Assembly (NCBI GenBank): GCA_021202335.1
Contig: JAJQDE010000061.1
Coordinates: 70,533 to 134,532, forward strand
Length of the DNA: 64,000 nucleotides
Direction: 5' to 3'
DNA from: Lachnospiraceae bacterium
GTDB lineage: Bacteria > Bacillota > Clostridia > Lachnospirales > Lachnospiraceae
Within the stretch, counting starts at the first letter, position 1. Every line of letters starts with the position of its first letter. Below the pieces are notes generated by a model. The model was given only the letters and a program-made list of their open reading frames with translations, did not search any database and was not told the DNA's origin. Below are positions 26,325-36,134 of the stretch, piece after piece. The position numbers and the translations under genes were made by a program.

Positions 26325-27884
26325 ATGAAAAAATATGTCAATATAGCGAAAGGCATTGCGATACAGCTGCTCATATTGGCGCTGTTTCTGCTTTATTTCA
26401 GCATGGCATGGTGTTCGGATAATTTTGGAAACATCGGACTGAATGAAATAGTATTTACGCTAAACATGCCGCTTAAGGGGGCAGCAAACTCATATTTTCA
26501 GACATATTTTACGGACGCGTTGCTTCCAACGATTATTGGCTTTGCAATAGAGCTTATATTATATATATTTCCTAAGAAAAAGCGGTATGAGTTAAGCGCC
26601 TGCGTGGGAAGAAGGACATGGAAAGTCAGCATATTTCCGCTAAAGCTGAATGGTTTTATATGGAGCGGAATCATTCTGTTTTGGCTTGTTATAATTGTCA
26701 ATGCGGCAGATGAAAAGTTTAATGTGTATGATTTTATAAGAGACCAGCTGGAAGCATCGGAGTTTATAGAAAACGAGTATGTCGATGCCGCGTTGGTGGA
26801 AATTAAATTTCCGGAGGAAAAAAGGAATCTGATATGTATTTATCTTGAATCGGCGGAATCGTCGTTTCAGGATAAAGAAAACGGAGGGCTTTTAGATGTG
26901 AATATCATACCGGAAATGACAGAGCTTGCGAAAAACAATATAAGCTTTTCACAGTCAGAACTGATAGAAGGCGCGGCGGTTGCGCCATCATGCGGATGGA
27001 CAATCGCGGGGTTGGTTGCACAGACATCGGGACTTCCCTTAAAGCTGTTCAACTTTGATGATGCTTTGGATGGCACTGATAATACCATGGATAAATATGT
27101 ATCATTTATGCCGGGCGCGACGACGCTTGGAGATATTTTGGAACAGGAAGGGTATTATAATTTCTTTATGGCGGGTTCGGATTTTACCTTTGGAGGCAGA
27201 CGCGATTATTTCACGCAGCATGGAAATTATGAAATATGGGATTATAACACTGCGATAGAGCTTGGAAAGATAGAGGAGGACTATAAAGAAGGATGGGGAT
27301 TTGAAGACAGAAAGCTTTATGATTATGCAAAGGAAAAACTTTTGGAGCTTGCGCAGGAGGAGCAGCCGTTTAATTTTTCGATGCTTACGGTTGATACGCA
27401 TACGGGAGGCGGTTACCTGTGCGAGCTGTGCCCTGATACATTTGAAACAAGATATGAAAACGTTTGGGCATGCGCGTCATACCAGTTGAGTGATTTTATA
27501 GAATGGATACAGCAGCAGGATTTTTACGAGAATACAACGATATGCATTTCAGGAGACCACAGCAGTATGCAGGAAGGGTTCCTTACGGAATATGATTATG
27601 ACAAGCACAGGGGGAATATAGAGAGAAAGGTTTATAATGTGTTTATCAATACAGCGTATGAGCCTGTGAATATGAAAAACAGGCAATTCACTACGTTGGA
27701 TTATTTTCCGACTGTTTTGGCAGCCGTAGGGGCGGAAATAGAAGGAAACAGGTTGGGGCTCGGCACCAATCTGTTTTCTGACAGAGATACATTGGCAGAG
27801 GAATATGGTTTTGAGGATATGTTTGAGGAATTGAATAAGAAGTCGAATTTTTATGACAGTGAAATTTTATATCCGGAAAGGTAG
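26325..27884 (+). CDS. LTA-synthase/OpgB-like phosphoglycerol transferase (copy 2)
   Basis: IYLESAE, SCGWTIAG, MLTVDTH, SGDH, GLGTNLFS. Strongly similar to 20282-21853. Confidence 0.85.
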   Translation: MKKYVNIAKGIAIQLLILALFLLYFSMAWCSDNFGNIGLNEIVFTLNMPLKGAANSYFQTYFTDALLPTIIGFAIELILYIFPKKKRYELSACVGRRTWKVSIFPLKLNGFIWSGIILFWLVIIVNAADEKFNVYDFIRDQLEASEFIENEYVDAALVEIKFPEEKRNLICIYLESAESSFQDKENGGLLDVNIIPEMTELAKNNISFSQSELIEGAAVAPSCGWTIAGLVAQTSGLPLKLFNFDDALDGTDNTMDKYVSFMPGATTLGDILEQEGYYNFFMAGSDFTFGGRRDYFTQHGNYEIWDYNTAIELGKIEEDYKEGWGFEDRKLYDYAKEKLLELAQEEQPFNFSMLTVDTHTGGGYLCELCPDTFETRYENVWACASYQLSDFIEWIQQQDFYENTTICISGDHSSMQEGFLTEYDYDKHRGNIERKVYNVFINTAYEPVNMKNRQFTTLDYFPTVLAAVGAEIEGNRLGLGTNLFSDRDTLAEEYGFEDMFEELNKKSNFYDSEILYPER

Positions 27885-27892
27885 GAAACGGT

Positions 27893-28216
27893 ATGTTTAA
27901 TTATGTAATAATGGCAGGAAGCGGGGCAATCACATATCTGCTTGTTCAGAAGTGCTCGGGAAAGTGTGTGGAAAGATGGCACGATGCATGTATTGAATTT
28001 TTTATGTATGTTATGACAGACATGCTGACAGTTTATTTCTGTATGAGCCCGTTGGGGCGTGTGACGCGCGTTGACGATATGACGGGTGGCGTGTCGGAGC
28101 TTCAATATGGAAATATGTCTATTTTGTTTTCAATTGTAATTGCGGTAGTTTGGGGAATTGTATTTTCGTTTTTAAAGAAGAAGGTTGACGTTAAAACGGA
28201 AATCAGCGAAAAATAA
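27893..28216 (+). CDS. Small membrane protein, unknown family (copy 2)
   Basis: Shares MF.Y.I..G.GAIT, IE..MYV..D, SP.GR.T.V, SE..YG and WG.VF.FL.K with 21963-22283. Confidence 0.75.
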   Translation: MFNYVIMAGSGAITYLLVQKCSGKCVERWHDACIEFFMYVMTDMLTVYFCMSPLGRVTRVDDMTGGVSELQYGNMSILFSIVIAVVWGIVFSFLKKKVDVKTEISEK

Positions 28217-28228
28217 ACGCTTGCGTGA

Positions 28229-29821
28229 GTGGCGTATGGAAAAATGGGGCAGTGGCATTTGGAAAGATTAGACGATATTTTAAAAAAAATTTATGATAAA
28301 ATAAGCGGGCGGTTCAGATTAGCGTTTATATCCGCTATGGCGTCAGGAATTGTGGCGCATATGTATATGTTTATGAATAAACTGCCGAACCATGATGATT
28401 TGGGAATAAACAATTTTGGCAGCACCTTCAGAAATGGACGGTGGTTTTTGTGGGTAGTGGGTTCTGTTGCGTATCATTTGGATTTGGTATTCAGTCTTCC
28501 TTGGGTCAACGGACTTGTTACCCTGTTGCTTCTCGGCATTTGTGCGGGACTTGTCGCGGAGCTGATTGGGATGAAAAGCAGAATTGCAAATGTGATTTTG
28601 GGAGCCGCGCTTGTGGTTTTCCCGAGTTGGACGGGAACCTTCTTTTTTATGTTTACCGCTCCGTACTATGCGCTGGCGGTTTTGATGTCAGTTATTTCCG
28701 TCAGGCTTATGGTCCGCAAAAGCAAGGCTACATGGCTTTCACCCATATTATTTGCCTGCGCGCTTGGAATATACCAGTCCTACCTTCCGTTTACGGCTAC
28801 CCTTTATGTGGTACTGCTGTTTCTCATGCTGTTTGATGAGCGATACGGATATTTGGATATATTAAAACAATCGTTGCTGTATCTTTTTAATTTGACGATT
28901 GGAGTCTTAATGTACTTCGGTTGCATGAAGCTTTCCTTGTTTCTTACCGGACAGGAGCTGAGCGCATACAAGGGAATAAGTTCAATGGGACGGCTGGATT
29001 TCTCAAGAATTCCCCAAATATGCAGGATGATAGGTGTAAATTTTTTTGGAATATTTTTAAACAATAATTTGGAGTTGAGTTACAATTACATTACCAAGGG
29101 AATGTATTTGATTTTGATGGCAGCATGCGCGGTGCTGATAGTGGGATTGTTACTGTCCCTGCTGAAAAGAAGAGATATATTGAAAGCGATAGAAACAGTT
29201 GTGCTGACAGGAGCATTTGTTGTTGCCATAAATTTGATTTATATTATGTGCGAGGATGGATTTTATTCTCTGATGTACTATTCTTATGTTTTCCTGATAA
29301 TATTTCCGTTTGCGCTTTTGGACAGGCGCATGGAACAGGTGGAGCGCAAATCCGTGATAGCCGGCGAGTATATAATGACATTAGCGGCTGTGTTGGGAAT
29401 CTTAAGCTATTGTCACTTTGCGAACGGTCAGTATTTCAGCATGCAGCTAAGCTTTGATCAGGCACTAAGTTATTACACCACTATGATTACCGAAATAAAG
29501 AGTACGAAGGGATATAATGAGGATATGAAGGTGGTGTTTGGCGGAGTTGACATAGTGGATAAAACATTATATCATAATGAAATCATGAGTGTATTTTCAA
29601 TGAGCGGACGTGATGATGCATTGGCGGATGCACACAGCAAACAGTTATTTATTTTGTATTACTGCGGTTTTGATGCGGAAATTGCAGGTACGGATATATT
29701 GTCAGAGGAGTCCCGGCTTATATTGGAAGCTATGCCGACATATCCCAATGATGGTTCCATACGGATTTTAGACGATACTGTGGTGGTTAAGCTGTCGGAG
29801 CAGGAGGATGCAGAGGAATAG
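28229..29821 (+). CDS. Glucosyltransferase GtrII-like (GT-C) membrane protein (copy 2)
   Basis: NKLPNHDD, GRWFL, ALGIYQSY, YKGISSMG, MPTYPNDGSIRILDDTVVVKL. Confidence 0.8.
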   Translation: MAYGKMGQWHLERLDDILKKIYDKISGRFRLAFISAMASGIVAHMYMFMNKLPNHDDLGINNFGSTFRNGRWFLWVVGSVAYHLDLVFSLPWVNGLVTLLLLGICAGLVAELIGMKSRIANVILGAALVVFPSWTGTFFFMFTAPYYALAVLMSVISVRLMVRKSKATWLSPILFACALGIYQSYLPFTATLYVVLLFLMLFDERYGYLDILKQSLLYLFNLTIGVLMYFGCMKLSLFLTGQELSAYKGISSMGRLDFSRIPQICRMIGVNFFGIFLNNNLELSYNYITKGMYLILMAACAVLIVGLLLSLLKRRDILKAIETVVLTGAFVVAINLIYIMCEDGFYSLMYYSYVFLIIFPFALLDRRMEQVERKSVIAGEYIMTLAAVLGILSYCHFANGQYFSMQLSFDQALSYYTTMITEIKSTKGYNEDMKVVFGGVDIVDKTLYHNEIMSVFSMSGRDDALADAHSKQLFILYYCGFDAEIAGTDILSEESRLILEAMPTYPNDGSIRILDDTVVVKLSEQEDAEE

Positions 29822-29909
29822 TGTGAAAATAAGCTTGATAGCTTATAATGGCGTTTCTGCCGTTAAAGCGCAGAACAGACCGTGAAAAACGAATGGAGAT
29901 TAGATATAA

Positions 29910-32051
29910 ATGGAAAAGTACATTGGCGTGTTGGCGATGTGCATTGCGGCGGGAATCCTGTCGGCGCTGGTGCACATGCTGCTTGCAGATAAAGAGGAAA
30001 GAAGCTTTCATATAAAAAACGTATATTTTTATTCTGTTGTTTTTTACGGAGCTATGTCGCTTATGAAGGCTGCTGTCGGGGAAGGCGGGAAAACACTTTT
30101 TTCTGCTTTCAACGATATGGAAGCCTTAACATATATACATTATGGCGTGCCGCTTATTATAATGGCGCTTGCCCTTCCCATATTGATAAAGCTTGTGTTG
30201 GGCTTTGGGAAAGGGCAGCGGTTTATTGGACTTTTCCTGTCAATTTTTTCGTTTATCATAGGGCTGGAATTTTTGCTGTGGGGAGTTATAAGCTCCTATA
30301 ACTATATTGCGGTATGCATTGCTGCAATGCTGCTTTCCTTTGGAATTTTGTTTTTTTATAAGGGAGAGATTCGTTTTTTTGCAAAAGAAAATGCGAAAGC
30401 AAGAGCGGCGTTTATTCTGCCGATTCTTTTGCTGTGGATTGTAATTGTTTTGATTTTTGAGCCAAACCAGTTGCTTCTTAACAATTTGGACGAGTTTTCC
30501 ATACCTTATTTTACGTTTTTTGGTATTATGCTTGCTGAGGGGGCTGCTATGGCGGCAGTCTATACTGTTATCTGTGTGTTTGTACTGTCGGACAGACAGC
30601 TTAAGCTGTTTGGGACGATTATATTCGGTATTTCAGCGGCGGGTTATATTCAGGGGAATTTCCTGAATGGCGAAATGCTTCTGATGGACGGGAATGTTCA
30701 AACGTGGAGCAGCGTGCAGAAGGCTATAAACGGCGCTGCATGGATTATTATGCTTGCAGTGGCAGCGTATTTGAATTACAACAGGCGTTTTAAAGGTATA
30801 TGCAGGAAAATCGTGTCGGCGGTATGTGTTTATATCTGCCTGGTACAGCTTCTTTCGCTTGTCTTTATGATAGCATCCGCGAAATTCCCGGACGAGGAAA
30901 ACGAGTTTGTGCTGACTACTAACCATATGCTTGAGCTGGATGATGAAAATAATGTTGTTGTTTTTGTCTTGGACTGGTTCGACAGGCAGATTATGGATGA
31001 TATAGAGGAGGAAAATCCTGATTTTACGGAAGCGCTTAAGGACTTTACGGAATACACTGACACGACAAGCAGATACGCGTTTACGGCATTGTCTGTTCCG
31101 TATCTGCTTACGGGAGTCGAGTGGGAGTATGGCATGGAAGCGGATGAGTATTGCGAGTACGCCTACGGCAACGGTAATTTCCTGAGCGATATAGAAGGGC
31201 AAAATTACAGCCTGGGCGTATATACGGGTTCGAGGCATGTGGGCGACGCCGTAAAAGAGAAGCTGATAAATTACTCAAATGAGATTACGCGGGAGATTGG
31301 CATTAAAAAGGCATTTTATGTGATGAGCGATACATCCAAGTACAAAATGGCTCCGTTTGCGGCAAAACAGATGTATTTTTATACTACGGATGATATCGCT
31401 GAGATTGTGGTAAACAGCGGAGAATATACGGCAAACAATGATATTGTATTTTACAATGAATTGTCACAAAACAAGCTTTCAATCGATGAGAGCGGAGCGT
31501 ATGAGGGAGCGTTTAGATTTTATCATTTAAAAGGAGCGCATCCTCAATTTACCATGAATGAAAACTTTGAGGAGGTAGAGGGAGATGGCGGCACTCAGCT
31601 TTCACAGTCGAAGGGCTCTTTAAAGATTGTGTATCAATATATTGACGAGATGAAAAAGCTGGGGGTTTATGATAATGCGACCATTATCATAACTGCTGAC
31701 CACGGACAAAATACAAATGTGATGAAAGAATCTGCTCTTGATACGGATTATGATATGACGTCGACGCCGATTCTTTTTGTAAAGCTGCCAAATGAACAGC
31801 ATGATGACGGACCCGCAAAAAGCAGCGCGCAGGTGTCGCACACGGATTTTGCGGCAACTGTCATCAATGCGGTAGGCGGAAACCCGGCTGAATACGGAAG
31901 AACCTTTGCGGAGATTGATGAGGACGAGGTGAGGGACAGGGTATTTACTTATGTGGTGGCTCCGGATAAAAAATACGCGAGGTATGTTATTACAGGGGAT
32001 TCCAATAATCCTGAAGCGTGGAGGGAAGCTGCCGGGGACGGGGCGGATTAA
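29910..32051 (+). CDS. Membrane-bound alkaline-phosphatase-superfamily (sulfatase-like) hydrolase/transferase
   Basis: About 9 TMs, then VFVLDWFD, YAFTALSVPYLLTG, YHLKGAHP, IITADHG. Confidence 0.75.
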   Translation: MEKYIGVLAMCIAAGILSALVHMLLADKEERSFHIKNVYFYSVVFYGAMSLMKAAVGEGGKTLFSAFNDMEALTYIHYGVPLIIMALALPILIKLVLGFGKGQRFIGLFLSIFSFIIGLEFLLWGVISSYNYIAVCIAAMLLSFGILFFYKGEIRFFAKENAKARAAFILPILLLWIVIVLIFEPNQLLLNNLDEFSIPYFTFFGIMLAEGAAMAAVYTVICVFVLSDRQLKLFGTIIFGISAAGYIQGNFLNGEMLLMDGNVQTWSSVQKAINGAAWIIMLAVAAYLNYNRRFKGICRKIVSAVCVYICLVQLLSLVFMIASAKFPDEENEFVLTTNHMLELDDENNVVVFVLDWFDRQIMDDIEEENPDFTEALKDFTEYTDTTSRYAFTALSVPYLLTGVEWEYGMEADEYCEYAYGNGNFLSDIEGQNYSLGVYTGSRHVGDAVKEKLINYSNEITREIGIKKAFYVMSDTSKYKMAPFAAKQMYFYTTDDIAEIVVNSGEYTANNDIVFYNELSQNKLSIDESGAYEGAFRFYHLKGAHPQFTMNENFEEVEGDGGTQLSQSKGSLKIVYQYIDEMKKLGVYDNATIIITADHGQNTNVMKESALDTDYDMTSTPILFVKLPNEQHDDGPAKSSAQVSHTDFAATVINAVGGNPAEYGRTFAEIDEDEVRDRVFTYVVAPDKKYARYVITGDSNNPEAWREAAGDGAD

Positions 32052-32073
32052 GGGCTTAAAACAGATTGACAAA

Positions 32074-32118
32074 AACATGAACGTTTTGAACATGAACGTT
32101 TTGAACATGAATGTTTTG
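32074..32118. repeat. 15-bp tandem repeat x3 (aacatgaacgttttg)
   Basis: Units at 32074, 32089 and 32104 (the third has one substitution). No spacers. Confidence 0.9.
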
Positions 32119-32127
32119 CAAAAACAC

Positions 32128-32156
32128 TTGAAACTGTAAATTTAATGTGATATTAT
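32128..32156 (+). promoter_or_regulatory. Sigma-A promoter of the T-box-aspS-gatCAB operon
   Basis: TTGAAA-17-TATTAT with extended -10 TG. Confidence 0.7.
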
Positions 32157-32202
32157 GATAAAAGTTCGGCAAGAATATAAAAACAGAGTAAAATGTATAA
32201 AA

Positions 32203-32473
32203 AATGCCAAGAAGGAGACTCTTGTCAGAGGAAACGACAGGAATACGGCGTCGCCGACTGAGAGCGCCGTGCGCGGAAGCTGATGAAGGGAACGCTCCGG
32301 AGCAGATTATTCGAAAGACGTTAAGTTGATTAGGGTAATACGTAGACGTGCGTTAAACGTGAGAGCGGGCAGAGTTTATGCTCTTTAGAGCAGTCCTTTG
32401 CCAATGCGGGTGGTACCGCGGGTATTTCAAGATTATCCGTCCCGGAATATGTTTGTATTCCGGGACGTTTTTT
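32203..32473 (+). ncRNA. T-box riboswitch, specifier AAC (Asn)
   Basis: T-box AATGCGGGTGGTACCGCG at 32403-32420. Stem I base GGAG(32214-17)/CTCC(32295-98) with GA motif puts AAC (32291-93) in the specifier position. Terminator follows. Confidence 0.9.
32438..32473 (+). terminator. T-box intrinsic terminator
   Basis: cgtcccggaata-tgtttg-tattccgggacg-tttttt. Confidence 0.9.
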
Positions 32474-32523
32474 ATCGTATAGGAAAGTTCGTCCTATACG
32501 ATAAAAACGCTCCGCGTGGATGC
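32470..32523. repeat. Dispersed ~55 bp palindromic (REP-like) element, copy 1
   Basis: ttttatcgtatagg-aaagttcgt-cctatacgataaaa-acgctccgcg.gatgc, nearly identical to 54943-54995. Confidence 0.85.
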
Positions 32524-32595
32524 GCACTCGCGCGAAGGAGAAATAAGTCGCATTTTTTGGCAGTCCGGTTATGAATTCAGCAGGAGGAATTGAAA

Positions 32596-34332
32596 ATGTA
32601 TCGGAATATTACAATGAAAGAGATTGGGGAACAGCATATCGGCAGCACTCTGCAGGTTGCAGGATGGGTGGAAAATATCCGTGACCACGGCGGCGTGTCG
32701 TTTATCGACTTGCGCGATATGTACGGAGTGCTGCAGGTGGTCATGCGTGACACCTCCCTTTTGAACGGCATTACAAAAGAAATGTGCGTGTCAATTGAGG
32801 GAATTGTCGAGAAAAGAGACGAGGAAACCTATAACCCGAAAATCCCAACGGGAACGATAGAGCTTGAGGCAAAAAAGGTGGATATTCTCGGCAGGGTGTA
32901 CTCTCAGCTCCCGTTCGAGGTAATGACCTCAAAGGAAACGAGAGAGGATGTGCGCCTCAAATACCGTTATCTGGACCTTCGCAACGCAAAGGTGCGGGAT
33001 AAAATCCTTTTCCGCTCGCAGGTAATCAGCTTTTTGCGGCAGAAAATGACGGAGCTTGGCTTCGTTGAAATACAGACGCCGATTTTGTGCGCTTCCTCGC
33101 CCGAGGGCGCGAGGGATTACATTGTGCCTTCAAGAAAATATAAAGGGAAATTTTATGCGCTTCCACAGGCGCCCCAGCAGTATAAGCAGCTTCTGATGGT
33201 GTCGGGCATCGACAAATATTTTCAGATAGCGCCCTGCTTCCGCGATGAGGATGCGCGTGCGGACCGCTCGCCCGGAGAATTTTACCAGCTTGACTTTGAA
33301 ATGAGCTTCGCAACGCAGGAGGATGTGTTCCGGGTCGGCGAGGAAATCCTTTCGTCAACCTTTGAAAAATTTGCCCCCGAGGGATATGAGGTCACAAAGG
33401 CGCCATATCCGGTTATCAGCTACAAACAGGCGATGTTAGAGTTTGGCACGGATAAGCCCGACCTTAGAAATCCGCTGCGCATAATTGACGTGACGGAATT
33501 TTTCCAAAGCTGTACCTTTAAGCCGTTTATCGGAAGGACAGTGCGGGCGATTAAGGTACACGCCGATATGTCGAAGGGCTTCCATGAAAAGCTTTTGAGC
33601 TTTGCAACAGGGATGGGAATGGGCGGACTCGGATATCTTGAGGTCGCGGAGGATATGAGCTATAAGGGACCGATTGACAAGTTCATTCCGCAGGAGCTGA
33701 AATCAAGGCTTAGCGTGATTGCGGGGCTTGAAGCGGGAGATACCATATTCTTTATTGCGGACAAGGAGGAGCGCGCAAACTATTATGCGGGGCAGCTTAG
33801 GATTGAGCTTGGCAACAGACTGGAGCTGTGTGAGAAGCAGGCTTACCGGTTCTGCTATGTGAAGGATTTTCCGATGTATGAAACTGACCCTGAAACAAAG
33901 AAAATCGGTTTTACGCATAATCCGTTTTCGATGCCGCAGGGAGGGCTTGAAGCGCTTGAAAATGAAAATCCGTTGGAAATTTTGGCGTATCAGTATGACA
34001 TAGTATGCAACGGCGTGGAGCTGTCGAGCGGCGCGGTCAGAAACCATGATCTGGACATTATGAAGAAGGCGTTTGCGATTGCGGGCTATGATGAGGAAAC
34101 GCTGAAATCCAAATTCGGTGCGCTCTATCAGGCGTTTCAGTTCGGAGCTCCGCCACATGCTGGAATGGCTCCCGGCGTGGACAGGATGCTGATGCTTTTA
34201 AAGAACGAGGAGAACATCCGGGAGGTCATTGCGTTTCCTATGAGCGGCTCGGCGCAGGATTTGATGTGCGGAGCGCCGAACGATGTCACGGAGCAGCAGC
34301 TTCGGGAGGTTCATATTAAAATCAGGTCGTAG
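32596..34332 (+). CDS. aspS: Aspartate--tRNA(Asp/Asn) ligase, non-discriminating type
   Basis: IRDHGG (His typical of ND enzymes), [38 protein letters not shown]. Operonic with gatCAB. Confidence 0.95.
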   Translation: MYRNITMKEIGEQHIGSTLQVAGWVENIRDHGGVSFIDLRDMYGVLQVVMRDTSLLNGITKEMCVSIEGIVEKRDEETYNPKIPTGTIELEAKKVDILGRVYSQLPFEVMTSKETREDVRLKYRYLDLRNAKVRDKILFRSQVISFLRQKMTELGFVEIQTPILCASSPEGARDYIVPSRKYKGKFYALPQAPQQYKQLLMVSGIDKYFQIAPCFRDEDARADRSPGEFYQLDFEMSFATQEDVFRVGEEILSSTFEKFAPEGYEVTKAPYPVISYKQAMLEFGTDKPDLRNPLRIIDVTEFFQSCTFKPFIGRTVRAIKVHADMSKGFHEKLLSFATGMGMGGLGYLEVAEDMSYKGPIDKFIPQELKSRLSVIAGLEAGDTIFFIADKEERANYYAGQLRIELGNRLELCEKQAYRFCYVKDFPMYETDPETKKIGFTHNPFSMPQGGLEALENENPLEILAYQYDIVCNGVELSSGAVRNHDLDIMKKAFAIAGYDEETLKSKFGALYQAFQFGAPPHAGMAPGVDRMLMLLKNEENIREVIAFPMSGSAQDLMCGAPNDVTEQQLREVHIKIRS

Positions 34333-34345
34333 AAAGGAGCAGCTT

Positions 34346-34636
34346 ATGGCAAATGTAATTACGGATGAAACAATCGATTATGTCGGTATTCTTGCAAAGC
34401 TTGAGCTCTCGGAGGAGGAAAAGGAGCAGGCAAAGAAGGACATGGGCAGCATGCTCGACTATATTGATAAGCTCGGCGAGCTTGAAACCACGGGGATTGA
34501 GCCGATGTCGCATGTGTTTCCGGTGCAGAACGTGTTTCGGGAAGATGTTGTGACGAACGGCGATGAGAGTGCAAAAATCTTAAAGAACGCACCCGGAGAA
34601 AAGGACAACATGTTTATGGTGCCCAAAACAGTTTAG
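34346..34636 (+). CDS. gatC: Asp/Glu-tRNA amidotransferase subunit C
   Basis: [30 protein letters not shown]. Confidence 0.93.
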   Translation: MANVITDETIDYVGILAKLELSEEEKEQAKKDMGSMLDYIDKLGELETTGIEPMSHVFPVQNVFREDVVTNGDESAKILKNAPGEKDNMFMVPKTV

Positions 34637-34659
34637 TCCGGAAGAATGGGGGATATTGA

Positions 34660-36114
34660 ATGGATTTATTGGCATACAGCGCCGTAGAGCTTTCGGCGGC
34701 GATAAAGGAAGGCAAGACGACTGCCGTTGAGGCGATGGAGGCAGTGCTTGCAAAAATTGATGAAAAAGAGAGCGGCATTCACGCCTATGTCACCATAGAC
34801 CGGGAGGCTGCCCTTGAGTCGGCAGCCCGCGTGCAGAAAAAAATCGAAGCGGGAGAGCTTACGGGACCGCTTGCGGGCGTGCCGGTGGCAATCAAGGACA
34901 ATATGTGTACGGAAGGAATGCTCACGACCTGCTCGTCAAAAATACTCGGCAATTTTATCCCGACCTTTTCGGCGGAGGCGGTGCTCAATCTTGAAAAGGC
35001 GGGTGCGGTGCTTATTGGCAAGACCAACATGGACGAATTTGCAATGGGCTCCACGACGGAAACCTCCGCATACGGAGAAACGAAAAACCCGTGGAATTTG
35101 GAGCATGTGCCGGGCGGTTCATCAGGAGGCTCTGCGGCGGCTGTGGCGGCAGGAGAGTGCTTTTTTGCTCTGGGCTCGGATACGGGCGGTTCAATCAGGC
35201 AGCCGGCGTCGTTTTGCGGCGTGGTGGGCTTGAAGCCGACCTACGGTACTGTTTCAAGATACGGACTGATTGCCTACGGCTCGTCCTTGGATCAAATAGG
35301 ACCGCTCACAAAAAATGTTTCGGACTGCGCGGCAGTGCTTGAGGCAATCGCTTCTCATGACAGTAAGGATTCTACCTCAGTGGAGCGCGATGATACGGAC
35401 TTTACGTCTGCTCTGTCCGCGGATGTAACAGGCATGAAAATAGGAATCCCCCGCGATTATTTCGGGGAAGGGCTTGACGCCCGGGTGAAGGAAGCGGTGC
35501 TTGCGGCGGCGAAAGCGCTTGAGGAAAAGGGGGCTGTTGTCGAGGAATTTGACTTAAGCCTCGTGGAATATGCAATCCCGGCTTACTATACAATCGCGGC
35601 TGCGGAGGCAAGCTCTAATCTGGAACGCTTTGACGGCGTGAAATACGGCTACCGAACCCCTGAATATGAGGGTTTGCACAATATGTATAAAAAAACACGC
35701 TCCGAAGGCTTCGGCGCTGAGGTAAAGCGCAGGATTATGCTCGGCTCGTTTGTGTTAAGCTCAGGCTACTATGATGCATATTATCTCAAGGCGCTTAAGG
35801 TAAAGGCGATGATAAAAAAGGCGTTTGACGATGCGTTTGTGAAGTATGACTGCATTCTCGGACCTGTAGCTCCCACGACTGCCCTGCGGCTTGGCGAGAG
35901 CCTGTCCGACCCCTTAAAGATGTATCTTGGCGATATTTACACCATATCCGTAAATCTTGCCGGGCTTCCCGGAATTTCAGTTCCGTGCGGAAGGGATGCA
36001 AAGGGGCTTCCGATAGGTTTACAGCTTATAGCCGACAGCTTCAGGGAAAAGACGCTCATCAGGGCGGCATATACCTACGAGCAGCTTCGCGGTGAGTTCG
36101 GCACGGCAATTTAG
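34660..36114 (+). CDS. gatA: Asp/Glu-tRNA amidotransferase subunit A
   Basis: Amidase signature GKTNMDEFAMGS, PGGSSGGSAAA, GSDTGGSIRQPA. Confidence 0.97.
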   Translation: MDLLAYSAVELSAAIKEGKTTAVEAMEAVLAKIDEKESGIHAYVTIDREAALESAARVQKKIEAGELTGPLAGVPVAIKDNMCTEGMLTTCSSKILGNFIPTFSAEAVLNLEKAGAVLIGKTNMDEFAMGSTTETSAYGETKNPWNLEHVPGGSSGGSAAAVAAGECFFALGSDTGGSIRQPASFCGVVGLKPTYGTVSRYGLIAYGSSLDQIGPLTKNVSDCAAVLEAIASHDSKDSTSVERDDTDFTSALSADVTGMKIGIPRDYFGEGLDARVKEAVLAAAKALEEKGAVVEEFDLSLVEYAIPAYYTIAAAEASSNLERFDGVKYGYRTPEYEGLHNMYKKTRSEGFGAEVKRRIMLGSFVLSSGYYDAYYLKALKVKAMIKKAFDDAFVKYDCILGPVAPTTALRLGESLSDPLKMYLGDIYTISVNLAGLPGISVPCGRDAKGLPIGLQLIADSFREKTLIRAAYTYEQLRGEFGTAI

Positions 36115-36134
36115 GAAAGGACGGGGATGGAGAA

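Noticed and set aside
32074-32118. CRISPR array
   Set aside because: The units are only 15 bp, directly tandem, with no spacers and no cas genes. It is a simple tandem repeat.
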